The notes under the pieces are model-generated. The model was not told the DNA's origin. It worked only from the letters and a program-made list of their open reading frames with translations, and made no database searches. A stretch of DNA of 64,000 nt from an uncultured Gammaproteobacteria bacterium (GTDB lineage Bacteria > Patescibacteriota > Patescibacteriia > Magasanikbacterales > UBA922), in NCBI GenBank assembly GCA_964522435.1, contig CAZFUL010000002.1, positions 108,631 to 172,630 of the forward strand. The letters run 5' to 3'. Positions 38,623-47,965 of this stretch are shown here, in pieces (position 1 is the first letter of the stretch; each line of letters opens with the position of its first letter). A program made the translations under genes and the position numbers.

Positions 38623-39067
38623 TGAAGGTCGGCCAACCCACTATGTGTGGGTTGGCCGTACCTATTGCTCCTTGTCAGTCCTCCACCTGATACTGGCTCG
38701 GGGGGTTGGTGCGCACCTCAACTGATGCGGCAATCGACGCGTCTTGCGACGCTTTGATCCGTTGCCGTTCAGTGGGCTTTCCTCGTTGGCTGCTCCAATG
38801 GTACAAAAAGGCCAACACTGCCAATACGAGACACAAAGCACCAAAAGATTCCACGGCGGCTTCCTTACCTGTCCTCTGTCAGGGGTAATACGCATCAAGG
38901 CCAACTCCCTTTGGCCAGGGCATAAAAAAAGAGGACAACCGAGGCTAGCAGGTTTGCTGGATTTTGTCAATACGGAAGGGCAGACAGCTTTTTTGTTCCT
39001 GTATGCCTCAATCGAATGAATCCGTTTTGGCCTTTTCTTATCGCATGGTTTCTGCTATACTCGCTCT

Positions 39068-39775
39068 ATGAATACTATGGCAGAATCACTGTTGGGTACC
39101 CTCTTTGTGGTGGCTACCCCGATTGGCAATTTATCTGATATGACCCCGCGCGCGATTCATATACTCCGCTCGGTTTCTTTTATTTTATGTGAAGATACTC
39201 GCGTTACCAAAAAATTACTCCATCATTTTTCTATCGATACTCCCGTCATGACCTATCATCATCATTCTGACGAAAAAACCATGAAAGAGGTCGTACATAA
39301 ATTACAACAAGGGCTTTCTCTTGCTTTAGTTTCTGATGCTGGAACACCAGCTATTTCTGACCCGGGTGGATTATTGGTTGAATATCTTCAACGAAATGAA
39401 CCTACTATCCGGATAGAAGCCATTGCTGGGGTATCTGCTGTGACAGCTGCGCTGTCTATTTCTGGATTTGCAGCGGAACGCTTTGTCTTTTTAGGCTTCC
39501 CACCACACAAACAAAAACGGAAGCAATTTTTTGAAGAAGTCGCACAGAGTCCCTATACCGTGGTGTTTTATGAATCACCCTATCGTATAAAAAAGGCAAT
39601 CGACCAATTGACGGCTTTGTGTGCGCCCAATCGTCATATCACTATCTGTCGAGAATTGACCAAAAAATTTGAAAGCAGATATAGTGGCACGATAGAAGAA
39701 ATACAACAGATGACGATTCCTGAAAAAGGCGAGTTTGTGGTTGTTGTTGAAGGAAATAAGAATAAACCAGCATAA
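39068..39775 (+). CDS. rsmI: 16S rRNA (cytidine1402-2'-O)-methyltransferase
   Basis: 'LFVVATPIGNLSDMTPRAIHILRSVSFILCEDTRVTKKLL'. 235 aa. Confidence 0.85.
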   Translation: MNTMAESLLGTLFVVATPIGNLSDMTPRAIHILRSVSFILCEDTRVTKKLLHHFSIDTPVMTYHHHSDEKTMKEVVHKLQQGLSLALVSDAGTPAISDPGGLLVEYLQRNEPTIRIEAIAGVSAVTAALSISGFAAERFVFLGFPPHKQKRKQFFEEVAQSPYTVVFYESPYRIKKAIDQLTALCAPNRHITICRELTKKFESRYSGTIEEIQQMTIPEKGEFVVVVEGNKNKPA

Positions 39776-39778
39776 ACT

Positions 39779-41302
39779 ATGTTATCGGATTATCAACGCT
39801 ATCGACTCTATGAAATTCTTCCCGGGTTAAGTATTTGGGTTACGCTCATACTTGCCGTTGTGCTGTCATTTATCCAACCACTCTGGATGATTTATGCGGT
39901 TATTGTGTTTGATATTTACTGGGTCTTACGCGTACTTAATTTTTCTTTTTATTTGGTACTGTCGTGGTTACGCTATTCAAAAGTAAAACAAATCGATTGG
40001 CAAGATCGTCTTATTCATGACATTGCTGATTGGGAACAAAAAAAACATGTTGTTTTTTTAACCTTATATAAAGAAGAATGGGATGTGGTGCACACCGCCA
40101 TAGAAAGTGTTGCTCGCGCAGCAGGCTATGCGCCGAAAACAATTACCGTCGTTATAGCAGGAGAAGAACGGGCCCGTGAGGTATTTGACGATATTTTGGC
40201 GCAGGTACAAAAAAATTATGGCGCGGTGTTTGCGGATATTGTTGGGGTGTGCCACCCGATGGATTTGCCAGATGAAATTTCTGGAAAAGGCTCTAATTTG
40301 CATTATGCAGAACAGCACATGAAAGAGTACATTGATGCAAAAAAATGGAAAGAAGAAGATGTGATTGCCACCGTGTTTGATATTGATACGGTTTGTCATC
40401 CACAATATTTTGCCTACTTAACGTATTTATATTGTACAGATCCAGATCCAACAAAAACTTCATTTCAGCCTATTGCCTTGTTTAATAACAACATGTGGGA
40501 TTCTCCTGCGGTACTCAGAATTATGTCCTTTGGGACTACCTTTTGGATTCTTACCGCCCTTGCGCGCCAAGATGCGTTGGTAACCTTTTCTTCACACTCC
40601 ATGAGTTGGAAAACAATTGTTGCGGTAGGCTTTCATGATAAACGTATTGTGAGTGAAGACTCTCGTATTTTTTATCAAAGTTTATTGCACTATAATGGAA
40701 ATTACAAAGTAACCCCCATGTATCTCCCAGTATCTATGGACACGGTGCGTGATGATTCCTGGATAAAAAGCATGGTGAATTTATATAAACAACAACGTCG
40801 TTGGGCATGGGGAGTAGAGCATGTGCCGTATTTGTTGTGGGAATTTAAGAAAAAAGGAAACAGTATCCCTTGGTATATAAAATTAAAATGGGTATTTATT
40901 GAATGGGAAGGAAAGTGGTCTTGGTGTGTGGTAGCGATTTTAATTACGGTCCTTGGTCGCTTGCCTTTGTGGGTTGCCCCAGAAACGGTGCGTCAAAGTG
41001 CATTGTTTTTCAATACGCCACATGTGTTAGCCGATTTAATGACTATTTCTATGGTCGGTTTATTACTCACCGCATTGTTTAGTTTTCCTTTACTTCCCAA
41101 ACGTCCAGATACGCATCCAAAGCATCGCTATATATTATTTTTGTTGCAATGGATATTAGTTCCTGTTACGATGATTTTTATGAGTGCGATTCCGGCAATT
41201 GATGCCGTAACACATTTAATGAGAGGAAAATATCTTGGTTTCAATGTGTCTCAGAAAAAAAGAAAGCAGGGGACTACCTTGCATCCAGATGTTGTTAAAT
41301 AA
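39779..41302 (+). CDS. membrane-embedded processive GT2 glycosyltransferase (cellulose/chitin-synthase-like)
   Basis: N- and C-terminal TM helices, 'FDIDTVCH' (DxD-like) and the QxxRW signature 'YKQQRRWAWG'. Confidence 0.6.
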   Translation: MLSDYQRYRLYEILPGLSIWVTLILAVVLSFIQPLWMIYAVIVFDIYWVLRVLNFSFYLVLSWLRYSKVKQIDWQDRLIHDIADWEQKKHVVFLTLYKEEWDVVHTAIESVARAAGYAPKTITVVIAGEERAREVFDDILAQVQKNYGAVFADIVGVCHPMDLPDEISGKGSNLHYAEQHMKEYIDAKKWKEEDVIATVFDIDTVCHPQYFAYLTYLYCTDPDPTKTSFQPIALFNNNMWDSPAVLRIMSFGTTFWILTALARQDALVTFSSHSMSWKTIVAVGFHDKRIVSEDSRIFYQSLLHYNGNYKVTPMYLPVSMDTVRDDSWIKSMVNLYKQQRRWAWGVEHVPYLLWEFKKKGNSIPWYIKLKWVFIEWEGKWSWCVVAILITVLGRLPLWVAPETVRQSALFFNTPHVLADLMTISMVGLLLTALFSFPLLPKRPDTHPKHRYILFLLQWILVPVTMIFMSAIPAIDAVTHLMRGKYLGFNVSQKKRKQGTTLHPDVVK

Positions 41303-41305
41303 TGT

Positions 41306-42790
41306 ATGAATGATACTACCCAACTCAAAAAATCTCGTCGCTGGCCCTATGTCCTGCTTATTATTTTCGCAGTTGTTGTTGGCAGTATTGGGTATATTAT
41401 CTATACCATTAAGCAATTGACACCGGAAAGTATTGTACAAAGTAGCTTTGTTCAACAACAAATTATTAATAGTGTGGGTGAAGAATATCGTGATGTTATT
41501 GAGCATGCACCCGTGTTATTGGGATTTGAAGAACCAAAAACGTATTTGATTCTCTTTTTAAATAATACAGAAATGCGTCCAGGAGGGGGATTTATTGGGA
41601 GTTATGCCACAGTGCGGATGACAAAAGGACATCCCGAGGTATTGGTACTCGAGGGAACAGAAGTACTTGATGGGGGAGCACCAAAAGACTGGCGTGTAGA
41701 ACCGCCTGCTATTCTTACAAAAGAATTAGGAGTAGATCGTTGGTATTTTAGGGATAGTAATTGGGATCCAGATTTTGCGAGTAACGCAACACGATTATTG
41801 AATTTTTATTCAGCCGAACAAGGGGTAGCAGCAGAAGATATAGACATGGTGATAGCGGTAACACCAACAGTATTAGAAGCCGTAATGAAAAGAGTGGGGA
41901 ATGTAGAATTACAAGGTCTTACTTTTACGCCAGAAAATGTGGTAGAAGTATTAGAATATGATGTGGAATACGGCTATGAAAAACGAGGGATTTCTTTTGC
42001 AGATCGCAAGCAAATTATGCAGCCTTTTTTTCATGTACTCGTAGAACATTTGCAACAGGATGTATTGTTACATCCAAAAGAATATTTGGCATTGGTGCGT
42101 GGCCTTATTGACCAAAAACATATCATGGCATACAGTACAGATGCTGCAATTACGTCTATTATTGATGAGATGCATGCTGCAGGTAAGGTAGCCCAAACAG
42201 AAAAAACAGCAGATTATCTCCTTTGGGTGGATGCGAACTTAGCTGCCTTAAAAACAGATCATGCCATGACCCGTGTCTTGAGCTACACGATTGTGCCACA
42301 AGAAACAGGATTGTTATTGGCGACAGCAAACATGACCTATACCAACAACGGGGTGTTTGATTGGCGCACAACGCGCTATAGAACATTTGCACGCGTCTAT
42401 GTTCCCGAAGGTGCTGTCCTAAAGCATGCCATACTCACCGATGCACAAGGACGAGAGCGTATGATATTGGCAGAAGATATAGAACAAGGACGACAGTTTG
42501 AAAAACAGTGGTTTGGCTATTTTACGGTTATTGAACCTGGTGATACAGAAGCACTTGCCTTTGTGTACGAATTACCGTCAGCTATTACCACGCAGATCGC
42601 AACAGGGAGCTATCACCTCACGCTTCAAAAACAATTGGGCTTGCCGACCATGGGTTTTATAATGAATGCTCAATTTACCAAACCCGTGCAACGAGCCACT
42701 CCTGCAGAAGAACAACAGCACTGGGGAGATAATACGTATACATTCACCAAAGAACTGACAGAAGATGTGTCTTTTGATATAGGCTTATAA
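41306..42790 (+). CDS. membrane-anchored extracytoplasmic protein (possibly DUF4012-like partner of the GT2 synthase)
   Basis: N-terminal TM helix and 'MRPGGGFIGSYA'. Translationally coupled to the GT2 gene. Confidence 0.35.
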   Translation: MNDTTQLKKSRRWPYVLLIIFAVVVGSIGYIIYTIKQLTPESIVQSSFVQQQIINSVGEEYRDVIEHAPVLLGFEEPKTYLILFLNNTEMRPGGGFIGSYATVRMTKGHPEVLVLEGTEVLDGGAPKDWRVEPPAILTKELGVDRWYFRDSNWDPDFASNATRLLNFYSAEQGVAAEDIDMVIAVTPTVLEAVMKRVGNVELQGLTFTPENVVEVLEYDVEYGYEKRGISFADRKQIMQPFFHVLVEHLQQDVLLHPKEYLALVRGLIDQKHIMAYSTDAAITSIIDEMHAAGKVAQTEKTADYLLWVDANLAALKTDHAMTRVLSYTIVPQETGLLLATANMTYTNNGVFDWRTTRYRTFARVYVPEGAVLKHAILTDAQGRERMILAEDIEQGRQFEKQWFGYFTVIEPGDTEALAFVYELPSAITTQIATGSYHLTLQKQLGLPTMGFIMNAQFTKPVQRATPAEEQQHWGDNTYTFTKELTEDVSFDIGL

Positions 42791-42799
42791 GGATAGTAT

Positions 42800-43807
42800 A
42801 TGATGATTAAAAAAGTAGCGATTGATTTAGGAACAACCAATGTGCTGGTGCATGTACCAAAGCGCGGTATTGTGATTAACGAACCCTCTGTCGTTGCCGT
42901 ATCAAAAGAAGATAACCGTGTATTGGCGGTAGGGATTGAAGCAAAAGAAATGATTGGACGTACTCCCGACAGTATTGTGGCAGAACGACCACTCAAAGAC
43001 GGCGTGATTGCCAATTATCGGACAACAGAAGCCATGCTTCGCTATTTTATTAATAAAGCCATTGGGGGAGTACGCTTATTTCGGCCAGAAGTTATGGTAG
43101 CGGTTCCGGCTGGGATTACCTCAACAGAACGTCGTGCTGTAATTGATGCGACCATGGCAGCAGGGGCACGCGCTGCCTACATTATTAAAGAACCAATCGT
43201 TGCGGCGATTGGCGCAGACATTCCTATTGGTAGTGCCTCTGGGCATATGATTATTGATATTGGCGGAGGAACCAGTGAAATTGCGGTCATTTCTTTGGGC
43301 GGTATTGTTTCCTGTGGATCCGTGCGTATTGGCGGAACCCGCTTTGATGCCTCTATTGCCGAACATATTCGCCGCAAATACGGTTTGGCTATTGGAGATA
43401 GATCTTCTGAAGAAGTAAAAATTCGCGTAGGCTCTGCCATGTTTATGGATAAACCATTAGTTATGGATGTGAAGGGACGAGATATGATTAGCGGCTTGCC
43501 ACGTACTATTCCTGTTACTTCTGATGATACGACCGAAGCCTTACAACATGATTTAGAAGGCTTAATTGATGCCGTGAAACAAGTACTGCATGATACCCCA
43601 CCAGAATTATCCGCTGACGTGATGAACAAAGGCATTATTATGTCTGGCGGATCCAGTCAATTACGGAATTTAGATGAATTAATTGCGCAAGCAACAGGTG
43701 TTGCCTGTTATGTGGCAGACGAACCATTATTATGTGTTGCCAAAGGAACGGGTATTGCCTTAGAAAATTTGGAAAATTACAAACGATCGATTATGGCGAC
43801 ACGATAG
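42800..43807 (+). CDS. mreB: rod-shape-determining protein MreB
   Basis: 'VAIDLGTTNVLVHV', 'IDIGGGTSEIAVIS' and 'GIIMSGGSSQL' actin-fold motifs. Confidence 0.9.
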   Translation: MMIKKVAIDLGTTNVLVHVPKRGIVINEPSVVAVSKEDNRVLAVGIEAKEMIGRTPDSIVAERPLKDGVIANYRTTEAMLRYFINKAIGGVRLFRPEVMVAVPAGITSTERRAVIDATMAAGARAAYIIKEPIVAAIGADIPIGSASGHMIIDIGGGTSEIAVISLGGIVSCGSVRIGGTRFDASIAEHIRRKYGLAIGDRSSEEVKIRVGSAMFMDKPLVMDVKGRDMISGLPRTIPVTSDDTTEALQHDLEGLIDAVKQVLHDTPPELSADVMNKGIIMSGGSSQLRNLDELIAQATGVACYVADEPLLCVAKGTGIALENLENYKRSIMATR

Positions 43808-43837
43808 TTTGCTGAGTTGTCTAAATTTTTTTACCCC

Positions 43838-43947
43838 GTCACCCCGAGCGAAGCCCATAGGGCGTAGTCGAGGGGGTAAGGATCTTTATATCATCGGTGC
43901 TAATATCCTAAACTCCTCGACTCACTTCGTTCGCTCGGAGTGAAAGG
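43838..43947. repeat. 110-bp long-armed imperfect inverted repeat (about 45-nt arms)
   Basis: The left arm is 'ccccgtcaccccgagcgaagcccatagggcgtagtcgagggggtaaggat'. Its reverse complement closely matches the right arm 'atcctaaactcctcgactcacttcgttcgctcggagtgaaagg'. Confidence 0.6.
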
Positions 43948-43978
43948 ATACTAAATGTAGAAAATTATTTTAAAAAAT

Positions 43979-44012
43979 AACCCTGCAATATTGTATTACA
44001 GGGTTATTTCTT
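43979..44012. terminator. rho-independent terminator (hairpin aaccctg...cagggtt plus T-rich tail)
   Basis: Perfect 7-bp stem followed by 'atttctttcctcctttcttttttct'. Confidence 0.55.
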
Positions 44013-44054
44013 TCCTCCTTTCTTTTTTCTCCTTGGTTTGGGGTGATTGTCGCG

Positions 44055-44222
44055 TCAGCTCTTGGGCTGGGCGGGAATACGGCGAAGCACCTCGAGCGTT
44101 TCTCGATGGAGCTTGCACAGGAGAGCAATCTGCTGTGCGTTCAACGTTCCGGTCCCGCCATAGACCCGTTCGTACAGATCAGGGTCAAGGCAGCAGGGGC
44201 ATTTCTTATACAGAAGTGGCAT
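44055..44222 (-). CDS. small GC-rich Cys/His protein, paralog 3 (CPCC...LCKLH)
   Basis: 'MPLLYKKCPCCLDPDLYERVYGGTGTLNAQQIALLCKLH'. It shares the motif C-x(1-2)-C ... Q-Q-I-A-x-L-C-x2-H with the gene upstream. Confidence 0.35.
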   Translation of the reverse strand: MPLLYKKCPCCLDPDLYERVYGGTGTLNAQQIALLCKLHRETLEVLRRIPAQPKS

Positions 44223-44236
44223 CGTTCTTCTCCTTG

Positions 44237-44419
44237 TTAGCGGCGCTGGGCGCTGCTGGGTTTGGGATTTTCTTGCTCTGCTTGCCACGCTGCCTTATGC
44301 TGTGAGCACAGGTCAGCGATCTGTTGCTTGTCCAGATTCAAAAAGGGCGAGCGTCCGGTGTTGTTCCGTGGATAGCTGCACAAATGGCAGTGCCGGTTGA
44401 ACTTAAAGAACGCAGGCAT
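44237..44419 (-). CDS. small GC-rich Cys/His protein, paralog 2 (CHLC...LCSQH)
   Basis: 'MPAFFKFNRHCHLCSYPRNNTGRSPFLNLDKQQIADLCSQH'. Confidence 0.35.
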   Translation of the reverse strand: MPAFFKFNRHCHLCSYPRNNTGRSPFLNLDKQQIADLCSQHKAAWQAEQENPKPSSAQRR

Positions 44420-44435
44420 GGTTTTTCTCCCTTCC

Positions 44436-44669
44436 TCAGTGATTGTCGCCATAGTCGTTGAACTGCTTCGTCAACGCATCGAAGATCACCTGGGCTTCCT
44501 TGTAGTTCATTTCTCGTCGGCGGCTCACCATACGAACATGCGGTTCGCACAGGTGGTGGGGTTCTTTCTCCACGACATGCGCTCCGAGCTCGAAGAGCTT
44601 AAGCAACATCGGTTTGCTGGTGCAGAGCACACAGGCCGAATCGTGGGGAATTGGCTCGATTTCTACCAT
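44436..44669 (-). CDS. small GC-rich Cys/His protein, paralog 1 (CVLC...HHLCEPH)
   Basis: 'MVEIEPIPHDSACVLCTSKPMLLKLFELGAHVVEKEPHHLCEPH'. First of three same-strand tandem genes. Confidence 0.3.
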   Translation of the reverse strand: MVEIEPIPHDSACVLCTSKPMLLKLFELGAHVVEKEPHHLCEPHVRMVSRRREMNYKEAQVIFDALTKQFNDYGDNH

Positions 44670-44807
44670 CCTCGTTCTCCTTTGACCTGAGGGTGTTTCA
44701 TAGGAAGCCATATTTTTTTCTTTTTGTCAATGCCCAAGGCAAGGAGCTTGTATTTTTATGCTCATCCCGTATACTAGGGGTCAAGACAACCTTGTGTAAC
44801 GCAGTAT

Positions 44808-45899
44808 ATGATCATCGGCATTGACGCTTCTCGAGCAAACAAACACCAAAAAACCGGCGTAGAATGGTATGCCTTTTTTGTGATTGAAGAAATGAAACAA
44901 TTACTTACAGATAGGGTGTCTGTCGTCCTCTATTCGGATACTCCCTTGCAAGGGGAGTTGGCAAATCTTCCTCCTGGCTGGTCATCAAAAGTATTGCCTT
45001 GGCCACCCAAACGTTTTTGGACACAAGTTCGGTTGAGTATTGAAATGCTTTTCCACGGACCAGATGTATTATTTGTTCCTGCGCATGTCGCACCCCTGAT
45101 TCATCCCAAAAAAACAGTGGTAACCATTCATGATATTGCGCCGTGGCGCTTTCCAAAAAGCTATTCTTGGTTTGAACGTTGGTATTGTTTATGGAGTACC
45201 CGCTATGCCGCAAAACGGGTATCACATATTATTGTCCCGAGTGAATTTACGAAACAAGAGATACATGATTATATAAAAAAAATCACGGCACATATCCACG
45301 TCATTCATCATGGGATAGATACGCGCTTTATAACAGCAGATCCTGGTAGCTCTCTTTCTAAAGATATACGAAAGCCCTACATACTGTCTGTTGGCCGTAT
45401 TGAAGAAAAAAAGAATACCCGTCGACTCATTGAGGCATTTACGCTTCTTCGATCGCAGTCCGCGACTGCCTATCAACTCGTGTTAATTGGTAAACCAGGT
45501 TTTGGCTATGACGCTGTGCGTGCAGCATACAACGCCAGTCCATATAAAGAGGATATTCTTTTTTTGGGATGGACAGAGCAAGAGCAATTACCTACCTTGT
45601 ATAAAGAAGCAAGCCTGTTTGCTTTCCCGAGTTTGTATGAAGGGTTTGGTATTCCCGTAGTAGAGGCCTTTGCTGCAGGTGTTCCGGTCTTGACGGCACA
45701 AGGCAGTTGTTTGTCAGAAATTGCAGCAGATGCGGCCTTGTTTGTTGATCCCTTATCCGCAGCAAGCATCCATGTGGGGCTTGAAACAGTACTCAATGAT
45801 GAATCGCTTCGTAAAGAGTTGATTGAAAAAGGAAAAAAACGAGCACGAACTTTTTCTTGGGAAAAAACCGCAAAAGAAACAACACATATTCTTATATGA
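44808..45899 (+). CDS. glycosyltransferase family 4/1 (GT-B)
   Basis: 'FAFPSLYEGFGIPVVEAFAAGVPVLT'. Confidence 0.8.
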   Translation: MIIGIDASRANKHQKTGVEWYAFFVIEEMKQLLTDRVSVVLYSDTPLQGELANLPPGWSSKVLPWPPKRFWTQVRLSIEMLFHGPDVLFVPAHVAPLIHPKKTVVTIHDIAPWRFPKSYSWFERWYCLWSTRYAAKRVSHIIVPSEFTKQEIHDYIKKITAHIHVIHHGIDTRFITADPGSSLSKDIRKPYILSVGRIEEKKNTRRLIEAFTLLRSQSATAYQLVLIGKPGFGYDAVRAAYNASPYKEDILFLGWTEQEQLPTLYKEASLFAFPSLYEGFGIPVVEAFAAGVPVLTAQGSCLSEIAADAALFVDPLSAASIHVGLETVLNDESLRKELIEKGKKRARTFSWEKTAKETTHILI

Positions 45900-46825
45900 G
45901 CGTGTTTGGCCATCAACAACTGCAACAATTTTTTGCTACTGCGCTGCAGGAGGGTCGCTTAGGGCAGGCCTATTGTTTGGTGGGTGAAGAACATATTGGA
46001 AAAAAATATTTAGCAGAAACAATTGCTAAACAACTTTTGCAGACGGATGTCCTGAAAACGCATCCAGATTATGTATTTATTGAACGAGAAATAAACCCCA
46101 AAACAGGCACACTCAAAAAACATATTGATGTCTCGCAAATTGCCAGGGTTCGCGCATTTTTTTCTCGCTTTGCGGCGGTAGAGAATGGTTACCGTGTGGT
46201 GATTATTGATAATGCGCATGAGATGAATGAACAAGCAACCAATGCCTTGCTCAAAACCCTGGAAGAACTTCCGCCACGCAGTCTGCTGTTTTTTATTACG
46301 TCGCAAGAAGACCGCATTGCCAAAACAATATATTCTCGTTTAGCCCGCTGTTATGCGACTGCGTTATCCGTAGCAGAGATGACGGCATTTTCACAAACCT
46401 TGGGCGGTTCGGTATCACCAGACATGATTCGCGATGCCAGAGGAAAACCAGGATTACTCTATCGGTTCGTGACAGAACACGGTTGTTATGAAGAATATCA
46501 ACAAGATAGAGAGCGATTTATTGCGCTCTGGGGAAAACCGTTTCATGAAAAAACAGCGCAAGTTGATGCCTTATTTTCTTCTAAAGATGACCACATGCTT
46601 GCCCGAGCACGCGTTCTTCGCTTGCTTGATACCTGGATGGTATTACTCAGAGACTATTATATAGGGAATGATGATGCGATGAGGCAAGAATTGCCCGCGA
46701 TGACTACTCTTTCTCAAACAAATATGGTACTATTGCTGCAACAGATTGCCCGTGCAAAACAGCTGATAGCACAGCAAGTGCATCCGCGTCTGGTTGTTGA
46801 ACATATCTTACTTTCTATTCCATAA
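45896..46825 (+). CDS. holB: DNA polymerase III delta-prime subunit
   Basis: 'FGHQQLQQFFATALQEGRLGQAYCLVGEEHIGKKYLAETIAKQLL'. The start overlaps the GT4 stop in an ATGA arrangement. Confidence 0.7.
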   Translation: MSVFGHQQLQQFFATALQEGRLGQAYCLVGEEHIGKKYLAETIAKQLLQTDVLKTHPDYVFIEREINPKTGTLKKHIDVSQIARVRAFFSRFAAVENGYRVVIIDNAHEMNEQATNALLKTLEELPPRSLLFFITSQEDRIAKTIYSRLARCYATALSVAEMTAFSQTLGGSVSPDMIRDARGKPGLLYRFVTEHGCYEEYQQDRERFIALWGKPFHEKTAQVDALFSSKDDHMLARARVLRLLDTWMVLLRDYYIGNDDAMRQELPAMTTLSQTNMVLLLQQIARAKQLIAQQVHPRLVVEHILLSIP

Positions 46826-46838
46826 TAGTATATTTTTT

Positions 46839-47921
46839 ATGAAAAAACATTTTTTTCATACGCTAAGTCTTGCTGCAATTCTTTTATTCATGGGGCAAGG
46901 TTGTGTGTCTATTAGAAATAATGATGCGGCGGGTAATGGTCCTGCAGGGGTATTTGTTTCTACGGATAGGGGAGAATCTTGGCAAGGTATTTCTTCATAT
47001 CCCACAACAGAAGGGGTAAAAGATATTTCTGCGGCAAGTGTCTATCGCTTGGTGCAAGATCCTCAAGATGTTCATGGGCTGTATTGGGCAACTCGCGCAC
47101 AAGGATTTTTTTATAGCTACGACGATGGAAAAACCTGGCAACGTCCAGGAGAAAGTGTCAATACCGGATTTATTTATTCTATTGCCGTGCACCCAGCTGA
47201 CAAATGTACTATTTATGCCTCAACAGGAAATATGGTTTATCGATCGACAGATTGTAACCGCACCTGGGCACAAGTGTATCAAGAAAATGAAAACGATACC
47301 TTACGTTCTGTGGTCATTAATCCATTTTCTCCTCACCAAATTTTTATCATGAAGCAACGGGGAGATATTCTTATGAGTAGTGATGCTGGTATTAGCTGGG
47401 AATTGGTAACTTATTTTCAAGATGGGGGATTATCTGATATGTTTGCTGACCCTCTGGTACAAGGACGCTATTATGTTGCTACCCAAGAAGAAGGCATGTT
47501 TAGAAGTACGAATTTTGGAAAAACTTGGGAATCGTTAGAAGAAGGATTATCCGGATTCTCTGGGGGACTTGAATATCGTCGCTTTTTAGTGTATCCTTCT
47601 CGCAAAGATTTATTGTACTATGTATCCACCTACGGGATTCACCGGTCAGAAGATGGAGGAACTACCTGGGAAGCATTAGAGTTAATTCATCCACCAGGGA
47701 GTGCACGGATTTACGGTTTTGATGTAAATCCACAAAATGAAAAAGAATTATACTACACCGCAACCATTAATGATCGTTCTACCTTTTATAAAAGTATTGA
47801 TGGAGGACAAAGTTGGATAACCAAAAAATTGCCCACAGATCAAATTCCAACGGCCTTACAAATTCATCCAAAAGAACAAAGTTGGGTCTATCTCGGCTTT
47901 ACCATTCCGCCATCTCAATAA
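46839..47921 (+). CDS. BNR/Asp-box repeat lipoprotein (beta-propeller, Ycf48/sialidase-like fold)
   Basis: Lipobox 'FMGQGC' and seven SxDxGxTW-type boxes: STDRGESW, YDDGKTW, STDCNRTW, SSDAGISW, STNFGKTW, SEDGGTTW and SIDGGQSW. Confidence 0.65.
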   Translation: MKKHFFHTLSLAAILLFMGQGCVSIRNNDAAGNGPAGVFVSTDRGESWQGISSYPTTEGVKDISAASVYRLVQDPQDVHGLYWATRAQGFFYSYDDGKTWQRPGESVNTGFIYSIAVHPADKCTIYASTGNMVYRSTDCNRTWAQVYQENENDTLRSVVINPFSPHQIFIMKQRGDILMSSDAGISWELVTYFQDGGLSDMFADPLVQGRYYVATQEEGMFRSTNFGKTWESLEEGLSGFSGGLEYRRFLVYPSRKDLLYYVSTYGIHRSEDGGTTWEALELIHPPGSARIYGFDVNPQNEKELYYTATINDRSTFYKSIDGGQSWITKKLPTDQIPTALQIHPKEQSWVYLGFTIPPSQ

Positions 47922-47965
47922 ATTATTTATTCTATTCTTGCCTGTGAGTATCACTGTAATATTGT

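Noticed and set aside
38662-38970. 102-aa minus-strand ORF in the GC-elevated block (plus two + strand ORFs, 38706-39019)
   Set aside because: The Pro/Arg/Cys-rich low-complexity translation has no RBS or start context, and the region has stronger RNA-structure signals. It is treated as non-coding.
43991-44690. Three + strand ORFs (104, 65 and 97 aa) in island D
   Set aside because: They overlap the minus-strand paralogous trio, which shows a shared motif and tandem organisation. The + strand frames are likely GC shadows. This remains uncertain and is noted in the island D finding.
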